A stretch of DNA of 64,000 bases from contig JANRKS010000005.1 in assembly GCA_033763315.1 (NCBI GenBank), forward strand, positions 288,001 to 352,000, in the 5' to 3' direction. The notes beneath the pieces are model-generated. The model did no database searches. It was not told where the DNA came from and saw nothing but the letters and a program-made list of their open reading frames with translations. Positions 20,001 through 28,839 of the stretch are shown one piece after another. Within the stretch, counting starts at the first letter, position 1; each line of letters opens with the position of its first letter. A program made the position numbers and the translations under genes. The stretch comes from Deltaproteobacteria bacterium (GTDB lineage: Bacteria > Myxococcota_A > Polyangia > Fen-1088).

Positions 20001-20771
20001 CTTCCCACCCGGCATGCCTTCCACCAGTAGTGCACCTGTGGCGCCGCCCGCGGCGTTCGGCGAGAACACAACGCCGGCTGTGCAGCTTTCTTGCGGCTTT
20101 AGACCTTTGCCGCTGCATACGTCGTTCGCGGTTTGAAACGCGAGGCTGCCCGTCAAAGAAACGGCCAAAGAGCCCGACACGTCGCCACCGTTGTTGGTGA
20201 TCTTGATGCTCACCGTGGGGCTGTTCATGCCCACCACCGTCGCGCCAAAATCCACCGATGCGCGGTTGGCCACCAAGAAGGCAACGCCAGGCATTGGCAT
20301 GGTATCGAGTTTGGCGTCTGGTGCCTTCATCGCGTCTGGGCCGTCGCCGTTTGTGGGCGCGTCGGCCGTTGGGTCCGCATCAACGGCACCGCCATCTGGG
20401 CCCGGCATCATATTTCCGTTGGGGCTCAGCGTGATGGTAACGGTGCGTGTTTCACCGCGCACGATCGCCGTGCTGCCCGCGCCTTGTGCCACTTGCAACG
20501 CGCCCGCATAAGCGGTGCCCGTCGCAACCAGATCCCCTGCGCCCGTTCCAATCTCAAACGCGGCGGTCAGGGGAAACGTCAGCGGTGTGCCGCCATTGGT
20601 AAGCTCGCGGTTTGCGCCTTGCCCCGCAAAGGCCAACGCCAAATCCACCTTGGTGATTCCTGCGGGGGCCGTTCCCTGCTCGATTTTCACAAGCAAGTAT
20701 GTGCCATTTTCGCCGCTACACGCAGCCAACGCCAAAATCGCTGCCAGCGCACCCCAACGTCGTGTTGTCAT
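17094..20771 (-). CDS. Large lipoprotein: tandem Ig-like (ASH/choice-of-anchor-D-like) domains, B-repeat-like domain, two C-terminal DUF1554-like lectin-fold domains
   Basis: MTTRRWGALAAILALAAC; about 6 repeats of FG-x-V...FTxxNxGG...C...L-x-P...C...F-x-P; GISCPGTCS; YDSVCNELA...RIYCF and ADAVC...IYCVEQ. Confidence 0.8.
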   Translation of the reverse strand: MTTRRWGALAAILALAACSGENGTYLLVKIEQGTAPAGITKVDLALAFAGQGANRELTNGGTPLTFPLTAAFEIGTGAGDLVATGTAYAGALQVAQGAGSTAIVRGETRTVTITLSPNGNMMPGPDGGAVDADPTADAPTNGDGPDAMKAPDAKLDTMPMPGVAFLVANRASVDFGATVVGMNSPTVSIKITNNGGDVSGSLAVSLTGSLAFQTANDVCSGKGLKPQESCTAGVVFSPNAAGGATGALLVEGMPGGKVKIDLAAAGVAAGALQVSPAMHSFADLEKDKASGDFEFTIANTGGTPTGVLAVALAGSDAQDFKIAADACSNVMVPSTGTCKVAVKFSPKSEGNKTATLTVTGMPGGTAVASLDGKALAPAAVQITPDTNNFGSVVKGQKGGAQAFVLTNKGGVTSAIPVATITDPNFILGTNTCTAALAPTETCSIQVVFAPSDVGGFTGTLDVTVGGLKTSAALSGTGLLPGSLEITPSSQNFDPTVVGAKSATKTFTVKNAGGASTGALTGMLTGSATAEFPVAANNCANKALAPNETCTIVIQLQPAVAGTRSASLAVSASPGGSVTAQMNGVGLAPAALSLSPAGQAFGSVVTGGSVDKTFTVTNTGDVATGTLGFNVTGAQAGEFAILAGAAGDCIMATTRLDSTITSCQLRVRFTPGAVGARTATLNVSASPGGAKSANMDGAGLAQGQMQANASSKDFGLVEVGTSSASFTWKLTNVGGVSTGVPALSSNIPTAYLVTNNCGTAIAPGQSCDVLVSFKPTSGGAQNYTLSATASPGGTAQLALSGRGGYRLTVATTGSGKGTVVSAPSGISCPGTCSSVYDSGTTVTLNASTENGSDSYFTGFTAPGCGGPGASCGVTLSTAPVNASANFNVMDANLVFVSSQAFPSDYGSAGKYDSVCNELASKAGINTKDNLGYVAWMSDAGSVPYKRLDGASGWRRLDGVPVAATMDALLNANGIWNPILLDEYGNDGGSNAVMTGTLSNGDPSLTGTCKEWSTADATLIPTAGDRTFGPGGWTNGGVGTNCGTRNRIYCFGKSKAVTLAHSGAKGKRIYISGDASVGKLFTPGGSIADADAVCAANAPKGAVAVRALLAQDGRSAAGVINPKELYVTPSGERIGQGDQILKASLLTGIWETSLNTFVGPANVYTGATSVTANGDSASTCKNWAGGLLLNGAVLGHSSSTQSTFFYNPGIIKATSCSTARPIYCVEQ

Positions 20772-20818
20772 AAGAATCAAGCTCCTGTCGAAACGAAAAA
20801 ACGCCGCGCAGGGGGCGC

Positions 20819-21454
20819 TCAAAACACTTTGGTCACAGGGAAATCAGCCTTGGGGGCAGCGCTGCCGCCGCCCGAAGAAACGGCAATCACGGCCACGGTT
20901 CCAAGCGCCACAGCGCCTATCGCGGTCCAAAACCACCACTGCTTATAGATGGGTGCATCGCCCGTGGGCGTGGCCGTATCTTTTAACGTTGTGCCATCGG
21001 TGGGCTCAGGTGGTGCCACGGCCATAGGCAAAGGAGGCGGTGGGGTTGTGGGGGCCGCGGTCACGGGCGCCGCGTTGATGGGCTCTGGTTCCTGCTTCTG
21101 CGCGCTTTGTTTATCGAGCTCGGTTTGCATCTCCGCGATCCGGCGCTCAACTTCAGGGCGGTTGGGCGCTTCGGGCAGATTCCGCAGAAACGATTTGTAA
21201 AAGAAGATCGCTTTATCGGGCTTGTTCCACAGGCGGTAGGCCTGAGCGATGTTAAACAAGAACACCGGATCGGGCTTCGCATCATACCCGCTCTTGTATG
21301 CGGTGACGGCTTCCTCGAACTCACCCAAATTGTAGTGCTTGGTGCCCTCTTTATAGAGGCGTTTGCTATCGGCTTCGGGGTCAGCTGCGTGTGCCACAGA
21401 CGACGCTGCCAACCACACCAATACAAGGCAACTTAGAAACTGTTTCAGGCCCAT
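20819..21454 (-). CDS. Exported TPR protein with C-terminal hydrophobic tail
   Basis: Start refined to MGLKQF; YKEGTKHYNLGEFEEA...FLFNIAQAYR; tail PIYKQWWFWTAIGAVALG. Confidence 0.85.
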   Translation of the reverse strand: MGLKQFLSCLVLVWLAASSVAHAADPEADSKRLYKEGTKHYNLGEFEEAVTAYKSGYDAKPDPVFLFNIAQAYRLWNKPDKAIFFYKSFLRNLPEAPNRPEVERRIAEMQTELDKQSAQKQEPEPINAAPVTAAPTTPPPPLPMAVAPPEPTDGTTLKDTATPTGDAPIYKQWWFWTAIGAVALGTVAVIAVSSGGGSAAPKADFPVTKVF

Positions 21455-21578
21455 GATCTCGCGCTCGGGTTTGCGCCGAAAATACGGCTTTTCCCAAAGC
21501 AACGGCTCTCTGCGCCAATTTCTTGAGCGCGGTCGCGCATTTGGCACCCACACAGGCGGTGCAGGTGCGCAAAGTCGC

Positions 21579-22787
21579 TTAAGCGGATTGAGCGGCTTCT
21601 TCAGCCGCGATGGCGCGCCACTTGTCGATTTTGTTTTTGGCACCCAAAGCTTCGATGAGCTCCGGGTCCAAGTGCTCTTGTGGCTCAAGCCCAGCCGTCA
21701 CGGTCATCTGTGCATTCGCCAACGCACTGGCGATGTGAGTGATGGTGCACAGGTCAAGCGCCGGATCCATCGTGCGCGGCAAAGGCCACGGGTCGTCATG
21801 GGTGGCCACGGCCTCCATTAGCTCTAGCGGCAAACCCCACAGGCCCAACAAATACGCACCCGCTTGCGCGTGCGTTGCGTGAATCACCTCGCGTTCGGCG
21901 GCGATGAGTGGGATTTTTTTCTGCTGCGCCACCTCGATGGCCTTGGCCATGTCACGTGCGTCGCCCACGCCAAGCACCAGCAGGCCGATCTCGTGCAGAA
22001 CGCCTGCCAAAAAAGCGGCTTGCCCCGGCACGTCCGGCGGGCAGATGCGGCTCGCGATGCGCCCGACCAAAACGGCATGGCGCCGAAGCTTGTCGACGTT
22101 GAGCCCCGAACTCGCGGGCAGCGGATCTGTGGATTCGAACACCTCGACGGACAGCACCAAGTTGCGCACGGTGAGAAAGCCCAGGTGAACCACAGCTTCC
22201 TCGGGCGTTTGAATCTTGCGCGCCAACCGGAAGAACGACGAGTTTGCCAGTTGCAACAGCTTCGCGGCCATCGCCGGCTCGCTCGCGATGATGTCGGCGA
22301 TGTCTTTGGCGCTGGCGTCGCCCATCTCAATCGCGCTCACCAACGAGGCGTATATTCGCGGCGCCGGCGGTAAACGTTCGATCCGGCCGACGCAGGCCCG
22401 GACGTTTTCTTCGGGCAGCAACGCGCGGATGCGCTCGGCGCGCGAGAGCACATCTTCTAAACGGCCACGGTCGCATGGTTTCAGGATCATTTGCTGCGCC
22501 ACTGGCAGCAAGCGCTCGGCCGATCGCACGTCGCTTTGCCCCGTGAGCACCGCGCGCATCACGTGCGGGTGGCGAAGCCGAAGTTCCGTCAACAGCTGTG
22601 CCCCATCCATTTGGGGCATCCGCATGTCGGTGATGACCATGTCGATGTTGGAACGTTCCAATATCTCCAACGTCTCTGCCCCGCTGCTCGCAAAAGACAA
22701 GCTCCACCGGTGCCGGAAGGGACGCAACATGTCCCGTAGGGCTTCTAGAACATAGGGCTCGTCATCGACGAAAAGGGCTTTGAGCAC
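21579..22787 (-). CDS. Response regulator with HDOD domain
   Basis: LFVDDE, ITDMRMP; LPPAP...AAKLLQLANSSFF...AGVLHEIG...THAQAGAYLLGLWGLP. Confidence 0.93.
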   Translation of the reverse strand: MLKALFVDDEPYVLEALRDMLRPFRHRWSLSFASSGAETLEILERSNIDMVITDMRMPQMDGAQLLTELRLRHPHVMRAVLTGQSDVRSAERLLPVAQQMILKPCDRGRLEDVLSRAERIRALLPEENVRACVGRIERLPPAPRIYASLVSAIEMGDASAKDIADIIASEPAMAAKLLQLANSSFFRLARKIQTPEEAVVHLGFLTVRNLVLSVEVFESTDPLPASSGLNVDKLRRHAVLVGRIASRICPPDVPGQAAFLAGVLHEIGLLVLGVGDARDMAKAIEVAQQKKIPLIAAEREVIHATHAQAGAYLLGLWGLPLELMEAVATHDDPWPLPRTMDPALDLCTITHIASALANAQMTVTAGLEPQEHLDPELIEALGAKNKIDKWRAIAAEEAAQSA

Positions 22788-22880
22788 GGATTTCTTAATC
22801 CTTTTGGACTATCGCCTACTTCGTACAGGTCAATGGTCCCTGCGCGCAACCCCCCATTGCTCGAAACGTGGCAAAAAGAG

Positions 22881-22908
22881 ATCTCGGCGGGTAATCGGGG
22901 TTCCTTTA
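22881..22908 (-). promoter_or_regulatory. Weak sigma28-like promoter for the HDOD gene
   Basis: Minus strand TAAAG-N15-GCCGAGAT. Confidence 0.4.
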
Positions 22909-23056
22909 GGTCACCACTGCGAAACGCAACCGCCCAGGCAACCGTGCCGTCCCGGGCAGCTCACAAGGCGTTACACTTAGGCGGATAGACCATCTTTGTT
23001 AAGCTCACTGTGAGCTACCCCCCAGGATTCTTTGAGCCCTGGCCAGCTTCTGCCCC

Positions 23057-24145
23057 TCACACCGTTGTTTCGAGGCGGGCCCGCTGGCTGTGCCGGTCGC
23101 GCGCCAGCTTGATGAGCTGGGTCACCAACTGGGTTTGAGACACGCCGCCCGCTTCCCACATCTTTGGGTACATCGAGATGGCGGTGAAGCCCGGCAGTGT
23201 GTTCACTTCGTTGAGGTAAACCTCGAACGTGCCGCGCTCGACGAAGAAATCCACGCGCGCCAAACCCGCCAGATCGAGAATGGCAAAGATCTTCACAGAC
23301 AGATCTTGAATGAGCTCCAACACTTCATCGGGCAGGGGCGCGGGAATTTGCACGTGCGAGCCAGCGGCGTCGATGTACTTGGCTTCGTAAGAGTAAAAGC
23401 CATCCTTGTGGGTCACGATGACTTCTCCGGGCACGGAGGCCTTCGGGGTCTCGTTGCCCAGCACGGCGCATTCCACCTCGCGCGCGTTGATCGCGGCCTC
23501 CACCAACACTTTGGTGTCGAAGCGAAAGGCCAGCGCCAGGGCTTTGTGCAACTCGTCCGGCTTGCTCACGCGTGAAACACCCACAGACGAGCCCGCGTTC
23601 GCCGGTTTCACGAACATCGGGTAGGCCAGCGACGCCGCGTTTCGCGCCACTTCGTCGGGCGCTTCTTTGTATTGATGGGCCGTGATGCACTGCCACGGGA
23701 CCACAGGAATGTCCGCCTGGGCCAAGAGGCGCTTGGCCACGTCTTTGTCCATCCCCATGGCCGACCCCAACGCGCCCGATCCCACGTAAGCCACGCCCGC
23801 CATATCCAGCAACCCTTGCAGCCGCCCATCTTCCCCGTAGGCGCCGTGCAGAACAGGGAACACCACCGTGTCCCCCCCGAACAAGCCATCATCGCTCGGA
23901 CACACGGGCACCATGGCTGGCGGGCTGCCCTCCGGCAATTTCAATGTGCGCGGATCACCCGTGGCCGAAAGCAAAAACGCCTCTGATTCGTGTCGCCAAC
24001 GGCCCTGCTTGTCGATGCTCACCAGCACCGGTTCGAAGCGTTCGCGGTCAAGCGCCACCAAAACGTTGCGCGCCGACAGCAATGAAATCTCATGCTCTGT
24101 TGAACGACCACCAAACAAAATCACGACGCGGGTTTTGTGGCTCAC
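23057..24145 (-). CDS. ddl: D-alanine--D-alanine ligase
   Basis: FGGRSTEHEIS, FPVLHGAYGEDG, VKPANAGSSVG, NEVNTLPGFT, SMYP. Confidence 0.97.
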   Translation of the reverse strand: MSHKTRVVILFGGRSTEHEISLLSARNVLVALDRERFEPVLVSIDKQGRWRHESEAFLLSATGDPRTLKLPEGSPPAMVPVCPSDDGLFGGDTVVFPVLHGAYGEDGRLQGLLDMAGVAYVGSGALGSAMGMDKDVAKRLLAQADIPVVPWQCITAHQYKEAPDEVARNAASLAYPMFVKPANAGSSVGVSRVSKPDELHKALALAFRFDTKVLVEAAINAREVECAVLGNETPKASVPGEVIVTHKDGFYSYEAKYIDAAGSHVQIPAPLPDEVLELIQDLSVKIFAILDLAGLARVDFFVERGTFEVYLNEVNTLPGFTAISMYPKMWEAGGVSQTQLVTQLIKLARDRHSQRARLETTV

Positions 24146-24169
24146 GGGGAAAATCCTTTGCGGGGCGGG

Positions 24170-26320
24170 TTAAAGGCCAAGTTCCGCGAACAAGAACGCA
24201 AGTTCGTCCACATATTGGGCCAAGACCTTCGACAACGGCTTACCAGCACCATGACCTGCCTGGCTTTCCAGACGCAAGAAAATGGGGTGTTTCGATGAAT
24301 TTTGGGCCTGCAGCAGGGCCGTCATTTTGCGGGCGTGCATGGGATCCACCCGCGTGTCCGACGCGGCCGTCACAAACATGGTGGCGGGATACGCCGTGTT
24401 CGGCCGTGCGTTGTGGTAGGGCGAGTAAGCGCGCAGCCAGGTGAACTCATCAGGCTTTTCGGGATCGCCGTATTCAGGCACCCAAAGCTTGGCGATTCGA
24501 AACTTAGGGTAGCGAATCATGTCGAGAAGCGGCACGCCGCAAATGGCGGCACGAAACAGATCGGGCCGCTGCGTGATGGCGGCGCCCACCAGCAGGCCGC
24601 CATTGGAACGACCTTCGATCGCCAACCGATCGGCTGCCACCAACTTCTGCGCGCGAAGATATTCGGCCGCGGCGATCACGTCATCGAACACGTTTTGTTT
24701 TTTGCCAAGCATGCCCGCTTGGTGCCACGCCTCGCCATATTCACCACCCCCGCGCAGGTTGGCAACAGCAAACACAACGCCCTTTTCAAGCAAGGGCACA
24801 GCGTGTGCGTTGAACCAGGGGCTCAGGCTAATGTTGAAGCCGCCGTAACCATAAAGCACAGCGGCGTTGCGACCATCGGGCGGCGTGGATTTCTTGTGCA
24901 CCAAGAACAACGGGATCTTGGTGCCATCTTTAGATGCATAGAACTCTTGCCGCACCACAAAGTCATTGGGGTTGATCGGCATGTCCAGCCGCGCCCACTC
25001 CTGGGGCGCCTGGTGAGGCTGCGCTTTTGCGCGCAGCTTAAAGATCGTGTTGGGCGCCACGAACGATGAATAGCTATAGAACACTTCGTCGCTGCGCGGA
25101 TCGCCGGTGATGCTGCCAACCGTGCCAAGCGCGGGCAACACCACTTCACCCAACGCCTTGCCGTGCAGGGAATACACACGCAACCGCGAGGCCGCGTCGG
25201 CCAGAGTTTGCGTGATCAAAACGCTTTTCGTCACAACCACCGTCTCAAGCGTCTCGTTCGTCTCGGGCAGCAACAAGCGCCAATCGGCGCGCGCGGGCTT
25301 GGCCGCATTGACCTCGAACACGCGGTAGCGAGGCGCACCCTCATTCGTGATCACATAAAAGCGATCGTTGGTCATCTCAACAATGCTGTAGATGGCGTCT
25401 TGGCCGGTGACCATCGCCTGCAAGCCTCTTTCCGGACGCCGCCGATCCAACAAAAACATCTCGGACTTTGACCAGCCTTGCGACACCACAATGCCGAGAT
25501 ACCGGCCGTCGGGCGAGATCGAAACATTCGGCCAATCGGTCATGTCGCGCGCGTGAGCGGGCGTGGGGAACACCAGCGCGTCGGCGCTGGGATCGGCACC
25601 GATGTTGTGCAGGTAAACGCTGCGGTGGTATTGATCTTCGCCTTTAGGCAGCGTGCCCGGTGCAGGGTAACGGGTGTAGTAGAAGCTCTTTTCGTCGGGC
25701 AGCCACGCGATTGAAGCGGCGCGCGCGTAAGGGATCTCGTCAGGCAGATCAACGCCCGTCTTTACATCACGCACACGCAGCACCGAGTTTTCGCTGCCGT
25801 CCGCCGAAACGCCATACGCCAAGCGGGCGCCGCTGTCCGAAGGTGTCCACCAATCAAGTGATCGCGTGCCGTCTTTGGCCAGCGTGTTCACGTCGACCAG
25901 CACGCGCTCGCCCTTGGCGTCGCGCACGTAAAGCACGGGTTGATTCTGTTGCCCCTGCCGACGCGTATAGAACAGCGGCCGGGTTTTGCCTTTGCCGCGC
26001 GCCAACGGCGTGCCCAAGGATCCTGCGTCGAACAGCGACTTGAGCCGCGCTTCGATAGCCTCGCGGCCGGGCAGCTTTGACACCACTTGCTCCGTCAAAG
26101 CGTTTTGCGCCGCCGTCCAGTGCTTCACCTCTTCCGCATCGCCGTCCTCAAGCCAGCGGTAGGGATCGGCCACGGCCTGGCCATGCAGTTTTTCAACGAT
26201 GTTTTCGCGCCGGGTGGGCACGGGGACGGAATCGGGGGTTGATTTGTTCACAGGAGGCACAAGGGGAGGGGGGCCGCAAAGAACACCAAGCACAATGGCA
26301 AGCCACATGAGGTTCATCAT
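24170..26320 (-). CDS. Prolyl oligopeptidase (S9A)
   Basis: DPYRWLED, YGYGGF, GRSNGG (catalytic Ser), DTRV, AGHG. Confidence 0.96.
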   Translation of the reverse strand: MMNLMWLAIVLGVLCGPPPLVPPVNKSTPDSVPVPTRRENIVEKLHGQAVADPYRWLEDGDAEEVKHWTAAQNALTEQVVSKLPGREAIEARLKSLFDAGSLGTPLARGKGKTRPLFYTRRQGQQNQPVLYVRDAKGERVLVDVNTLAKDGTRSLDWWTPSDSGARLAYGVSADGSENSVLRVRDVKTGVDLPDEIPYARAASIAWLPDEKSFYYTRYPAPGTLPKGEDQYHRSVYLHNIGADPSADALVFPTPAHARDMTDWPNVSISPDGRYLGIVVSQGWSKSEMFLLDRRRPERGLQAMVTGQDAIYSIVEMTNDRFYVITNEGAPRYRVFEVNAAKPARADWRLLLPETNETLETVVVTKSVLITQTLADAASRLRVYSLHGKALGEVVLPALGTVGSITGDPRSDEVFYSYSSFVAPNTIFKLRAKAQPHQAPQEWARLDMPINPNDFVVRQEFYASKDGTKIPLFLVHKKSTPPDGRNAAVLYGYGGFNISLSPWFNAHAVPLLEKGVVFAVANLRGGGEYGEAWHQAGMLGKKQNVFDDVIAAAEYLRAQKLVAADRLAIEGRSNGGLLVGAAITQRPDLFRAAICGVPLLDMIRYPKFRIAKLWVPEYGDPEKPDEFTWLRAYSPYHNARPNTAYPATMFVTAASDTRVDPMHARKMTALLQAQNSSKHPIFLRLESQAGHGAGKPLSKVLAQYVDELAFLFAELGL

Positions 26321-26353
26321 GAACCAAGGCGGGCCTGATGCGAACCTTTGTGA

Positions 26354-27004
26354 TCACGACTTTGTTGGTGGCGCGCCCGATTCGATGCCACCCAGCAGGT
26401 GCTTTACCAGGGACCGCGTCATGGCCTCGGCGGTGACCGCTTCGCACAACGGCGGCGGCAGCGCGCGATCGCTTAACAACATGCCAAAACCGTGCACCAT
26501 CGACCAACACGACAGCGCCATTTCATCCACATCGCCCGCGCGAAACGCGCCCGCGGCCACGCCATCGGCCACCAGGGTGCGCAACACGCCATATGCGGTT
26601 TCGCCGGCGATGCGCAGGCTTTGCGGTGCGTGCTCTTTATCCACCACCCCGCCGAAGATCACGCGCAGATACGCAGGGTGGGCTAGGGCAAAGTTTACGT
26701 AGGCAACCGCCATCTCTGCCAGCCGCTTTGCGAAGGCGGCTGGTGTGGGCGGCGTTGAGGCTTGCAAGGCGGCGGTCAGCAAGGCGAACCCCTCTTCGGC
26801 GATGGCCGCCACCAGGGCTTCTTTGTCTGCAAAGTGCCGGTAGGGGGCCGCGTGGCTCACACCCGCCAGTTGGGCGGCCGCCCGCAGGCTGAGGTTGGCG
26901 ACGCCCCCTTCGGACAACAAGCGCAGCCCGGCTTGAATCAGGGCGTGTCGGAGGTTGCCGTGCTGATACGCATGCGCAGGTTTTTTGGGAACTCGAATCG
27001 CCAT
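26354..27004 (-). CDS. TetR family regulator (WHG-type C-terminus)
   Basis: YQHGNLR...LSLRAAA...VSHAAPYRHF; WSMVHG. Confidence 0.93.
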   Translation of the reverse strand: MAIRVPKKPAHAYQHGNLRHALIQAGLRLLSEGGVANLSLRAAAQLAGVSHAAPYRHFADKEALVAAIAEEGFALLTAALQASTPPTPAAFAKRLAEMAVAYVNFALAHPAYLRVIFGGVVDKEHAPQSLRIAGETAYGVLRTLVADGVAAGAFRAGDVDEMALSCWSMVHGFGMLLSDRALPPPLCEAVTAEAMTRSLVKHLLGGIESGAPPTKS

Positions 27005-27021
27005 GTCTTTGAAATCATAGC

Positions 27022-27084
27022 ATGTTTTCAGTGTCTACAAATAATGTTTGCGATGTCTACATAATATGTGTACGGTGTAAACAT
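27022..27084. promoter_or_regulatory. Three tandem 19-bp palindromic operators with a 22-bp period (TetR sites)
   Basis: ATGTTTTCAGTGTCTACAA (27022), ATGTTTGCGATGTCTACAT (27044), ATGTGTACGGTGTAAACAT (27066), between divergent genes. Confidence 0.8.
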
Positions 27085-27104
27085 AATCAACCAAGGACAC
27101 CACG

Positions 27105-28094
27105 ATGATGAAGAACCCGCACGAGACCACCTTTCAGGCTTTGTGGCGCCAGGCTTTGCAGGGCAGCCGTTTGTTGATGGGCGTGGCAGCCAGCTCAAGT
27201 CTGCTGTTGGCGGTCTGCCTGGCGATGCAAATGTTGGACGCCCGTATGATTGACGGTGTTTCAGTCTGGGCCAAGCCGGCCAAGTTTGCCGCCAGCGTGG
27301 TTGCGGGTGCGCCCGTGTTGGCGTGGATCTTGTGGCTGGTGGGGCCGCAGACAAAAGGCCGACGGATCATGTCTTCCATCTTCGCGGGGGCCTTCGTGTT
27401 GGAGCTTGTGCTCATCACGATGCAGGCCGCGCGTGGCGTGCCGAGCCACTTTAACGTGGCGACGCGTTTTGACGGGTTCGTTTTCACAGTGATGGGGGCC
27501 GCCATCACACTGTTCTGGTTAACCCAGCTTTGGTTGACCTACAAAAGCTTTAGGCACACGTTCGCAAACCGCGTGATCGGTTGGAGTGTGCGCTGGGCGT
27601 TGTTGATCGCGAGCCTTGGCGCCGCGGTGGCGTTCGCGATGCCTCAACGTGTGAGCCCCAAGCAACAAGAAGCCGTTCTTGCTGGACAGGCCACGACGAT
27701 TGGCGGCCACGCGGTGGGTGTGGAAGATGGTGGGCCAGGGTTGCCGGTCACGCGCTGGAGCGTCAAAGGCGGCGATCTGCGCGTGCCACATTTCCTCGGC
27801 CTGCACGCTTTGCAAATTCTGCCGCTGCTTGGCTGGGCGGTGTCGCGTCGACGTCCGCGCAAGGGCGTGCGCATCGTCAATGGTATTGGCGTGGCTTACC
27901 TGGGCCTTGTGGTTACCACGTTTGTTCAAGCCCAACGGGCGCGTCCACTTCATGCACCGGATGCCGTCACGCTGTGGCTGCTGGCCGCCGTTGTGGCGGT
28001 CGCCGCGGCCGTGCTGTGGTGGCCTCGGCGGCGTGCGGAGCTAAGGCAGGAACTTCGAGTCGATGATCACCGTGTCCATGATTTGGTCGCTTAG
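27105..28094 (+). CDS. Polytopic membrane protein, TetR-regulated
   Basis: Multiple TMs; WAKPAKF, QAARGVPSHFN, GGDLRVPHFLGLHALQ. Confidence 0.8.
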   Translation: MMKNPHETTFQALWRQALQGSRLLMGVAASSSLLLAVCLAMQMLDARMIDGVSVWAKPAKFAASVVAGAPVLAWILWLVGPQTKGRRIMSSIFAGAFVLELVLITMQAARGVPSHFNVATRFDGFVFTVMGAAITLFWLTQLWLTYKSFRHTFANRVIGWSVRWALLIASLGAAVAFAMPQRVSPKQQEAVLAGQATTIGGHAVGVEDGGPGLPVTRWSVKGGDLRVPHFLGLHALQILPLLGWAVSRRRPRKGVRIVNGIGVAYLGLVVTTFVQAQRARPLHAPDAVTLWLLAAVVAVAAAVLWWPRRRAELRQELRVDDHRVHDLVA

Positions 28095-28706
28095 GCTCAC
28101 TTCGTCGTGCTTGCAAGGCCCGCCCACTTTCACAGATCCAGGCGGTTCGTTGCCTTCTTTGGCGACGCCTTGGGGATCCGTGACACGCACTTGATGTTTT
28201 GTGACAAAGATGTTCACGCGGGTGGTGTCGTGCTGGTGCATCGGAATGTTGTCGCCGGGGTTAACCAACGCGCGCACCACACGGATCTTCTTGTTCTCAA
28301 ACAGCGTCTGATAGTGCTTGTGGTCAATCGCCACGGGATCTAGGTCAGGAAACCGCTTCAGGCGTTTGGCGCCTACCCGATCTTTGATCTCAACCTCGAA
28401 GAAGGACAACGGCGCGGCGCCCAGGTTCTCGATCACATCTCGCGTGCCCGCGGGCCGCCACAGCACGTGCGACACATCGTGGTTTAACGTCAGTGGGCGT
28501 TGCTTTTCGCCGCTTACGCGAACGCTGCCCGTGCTCAGGAAAACGAGCAGGGTGTCGAAGGTCCGGTGCCGTGGCTCCGAACGGGTGCCAGGCTCTTGGC
28601 CTTGTACTTTGGAAATGCGGAACTCGGGCACATCAATGTGAAGTTTGGCCTCGGCGGTCACCACGGGTGAGGCCAAGAGGGCGAGAACAAGCGGCAAGGC
28701 AAACAT
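28041..28706 (-). CDS. Exported protein with duplicated cupin domain
   Basis: Signal peptide; FENKKIRVVR...PGDNIPMHQH; N-terminal degenerate copy. Confidence 0.7.
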   Translation of the reverse strand: MFALPLVLALLASPVVTAEAKLHIDVPEFRISKVQGQEPGTRSEPRHRTFDTLLVFLSTGSVRVSGEKQRPLTLNHDVSHVLWRPAGTRDVIENLGAAPLSFFEVEIKDRVGAKRLKRFPDLDPVAIDHKHYQTLFENKKIRVVRALVNPGDNIPMHQHDTTRVNIFVTKHQVRVTDPQGVAKEGNEPPGSVKVGGPCKHDEVSLSDQIMDTVIIDSKFLP

Positions 28707-28839
28707 GAGTCAAGCTTAGTCAATAAAGGGCCACGCTCCCGCTGGGTGAATCGATGGTCCGAGTCCCTGCGTTTGCAGGTTCAGGATTACCGAGGAAACT
28801 CGGTTCTAATGGCCGCGCAGAAACCCGCTGTTGCGCGGC

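Noticed and set aside
22935-22950. sigma54 promoter GGCACGGTTGC on the minus strand
   Set aside because: GG-to-GC spacing is 7, not the required 10
22788-23056. c-di-GMP riboswitch upstream of the HDOD gene
   Set aside because: The GGCAAAC...GAAA...GGGACGCAAAGC core is not found on either strand
28041-28094. 54-bp overlap of convergent genes as a regulatory feature
   Set aside because: Most simply a stop-codon shift extending the membrane protein tail; common and uninformative
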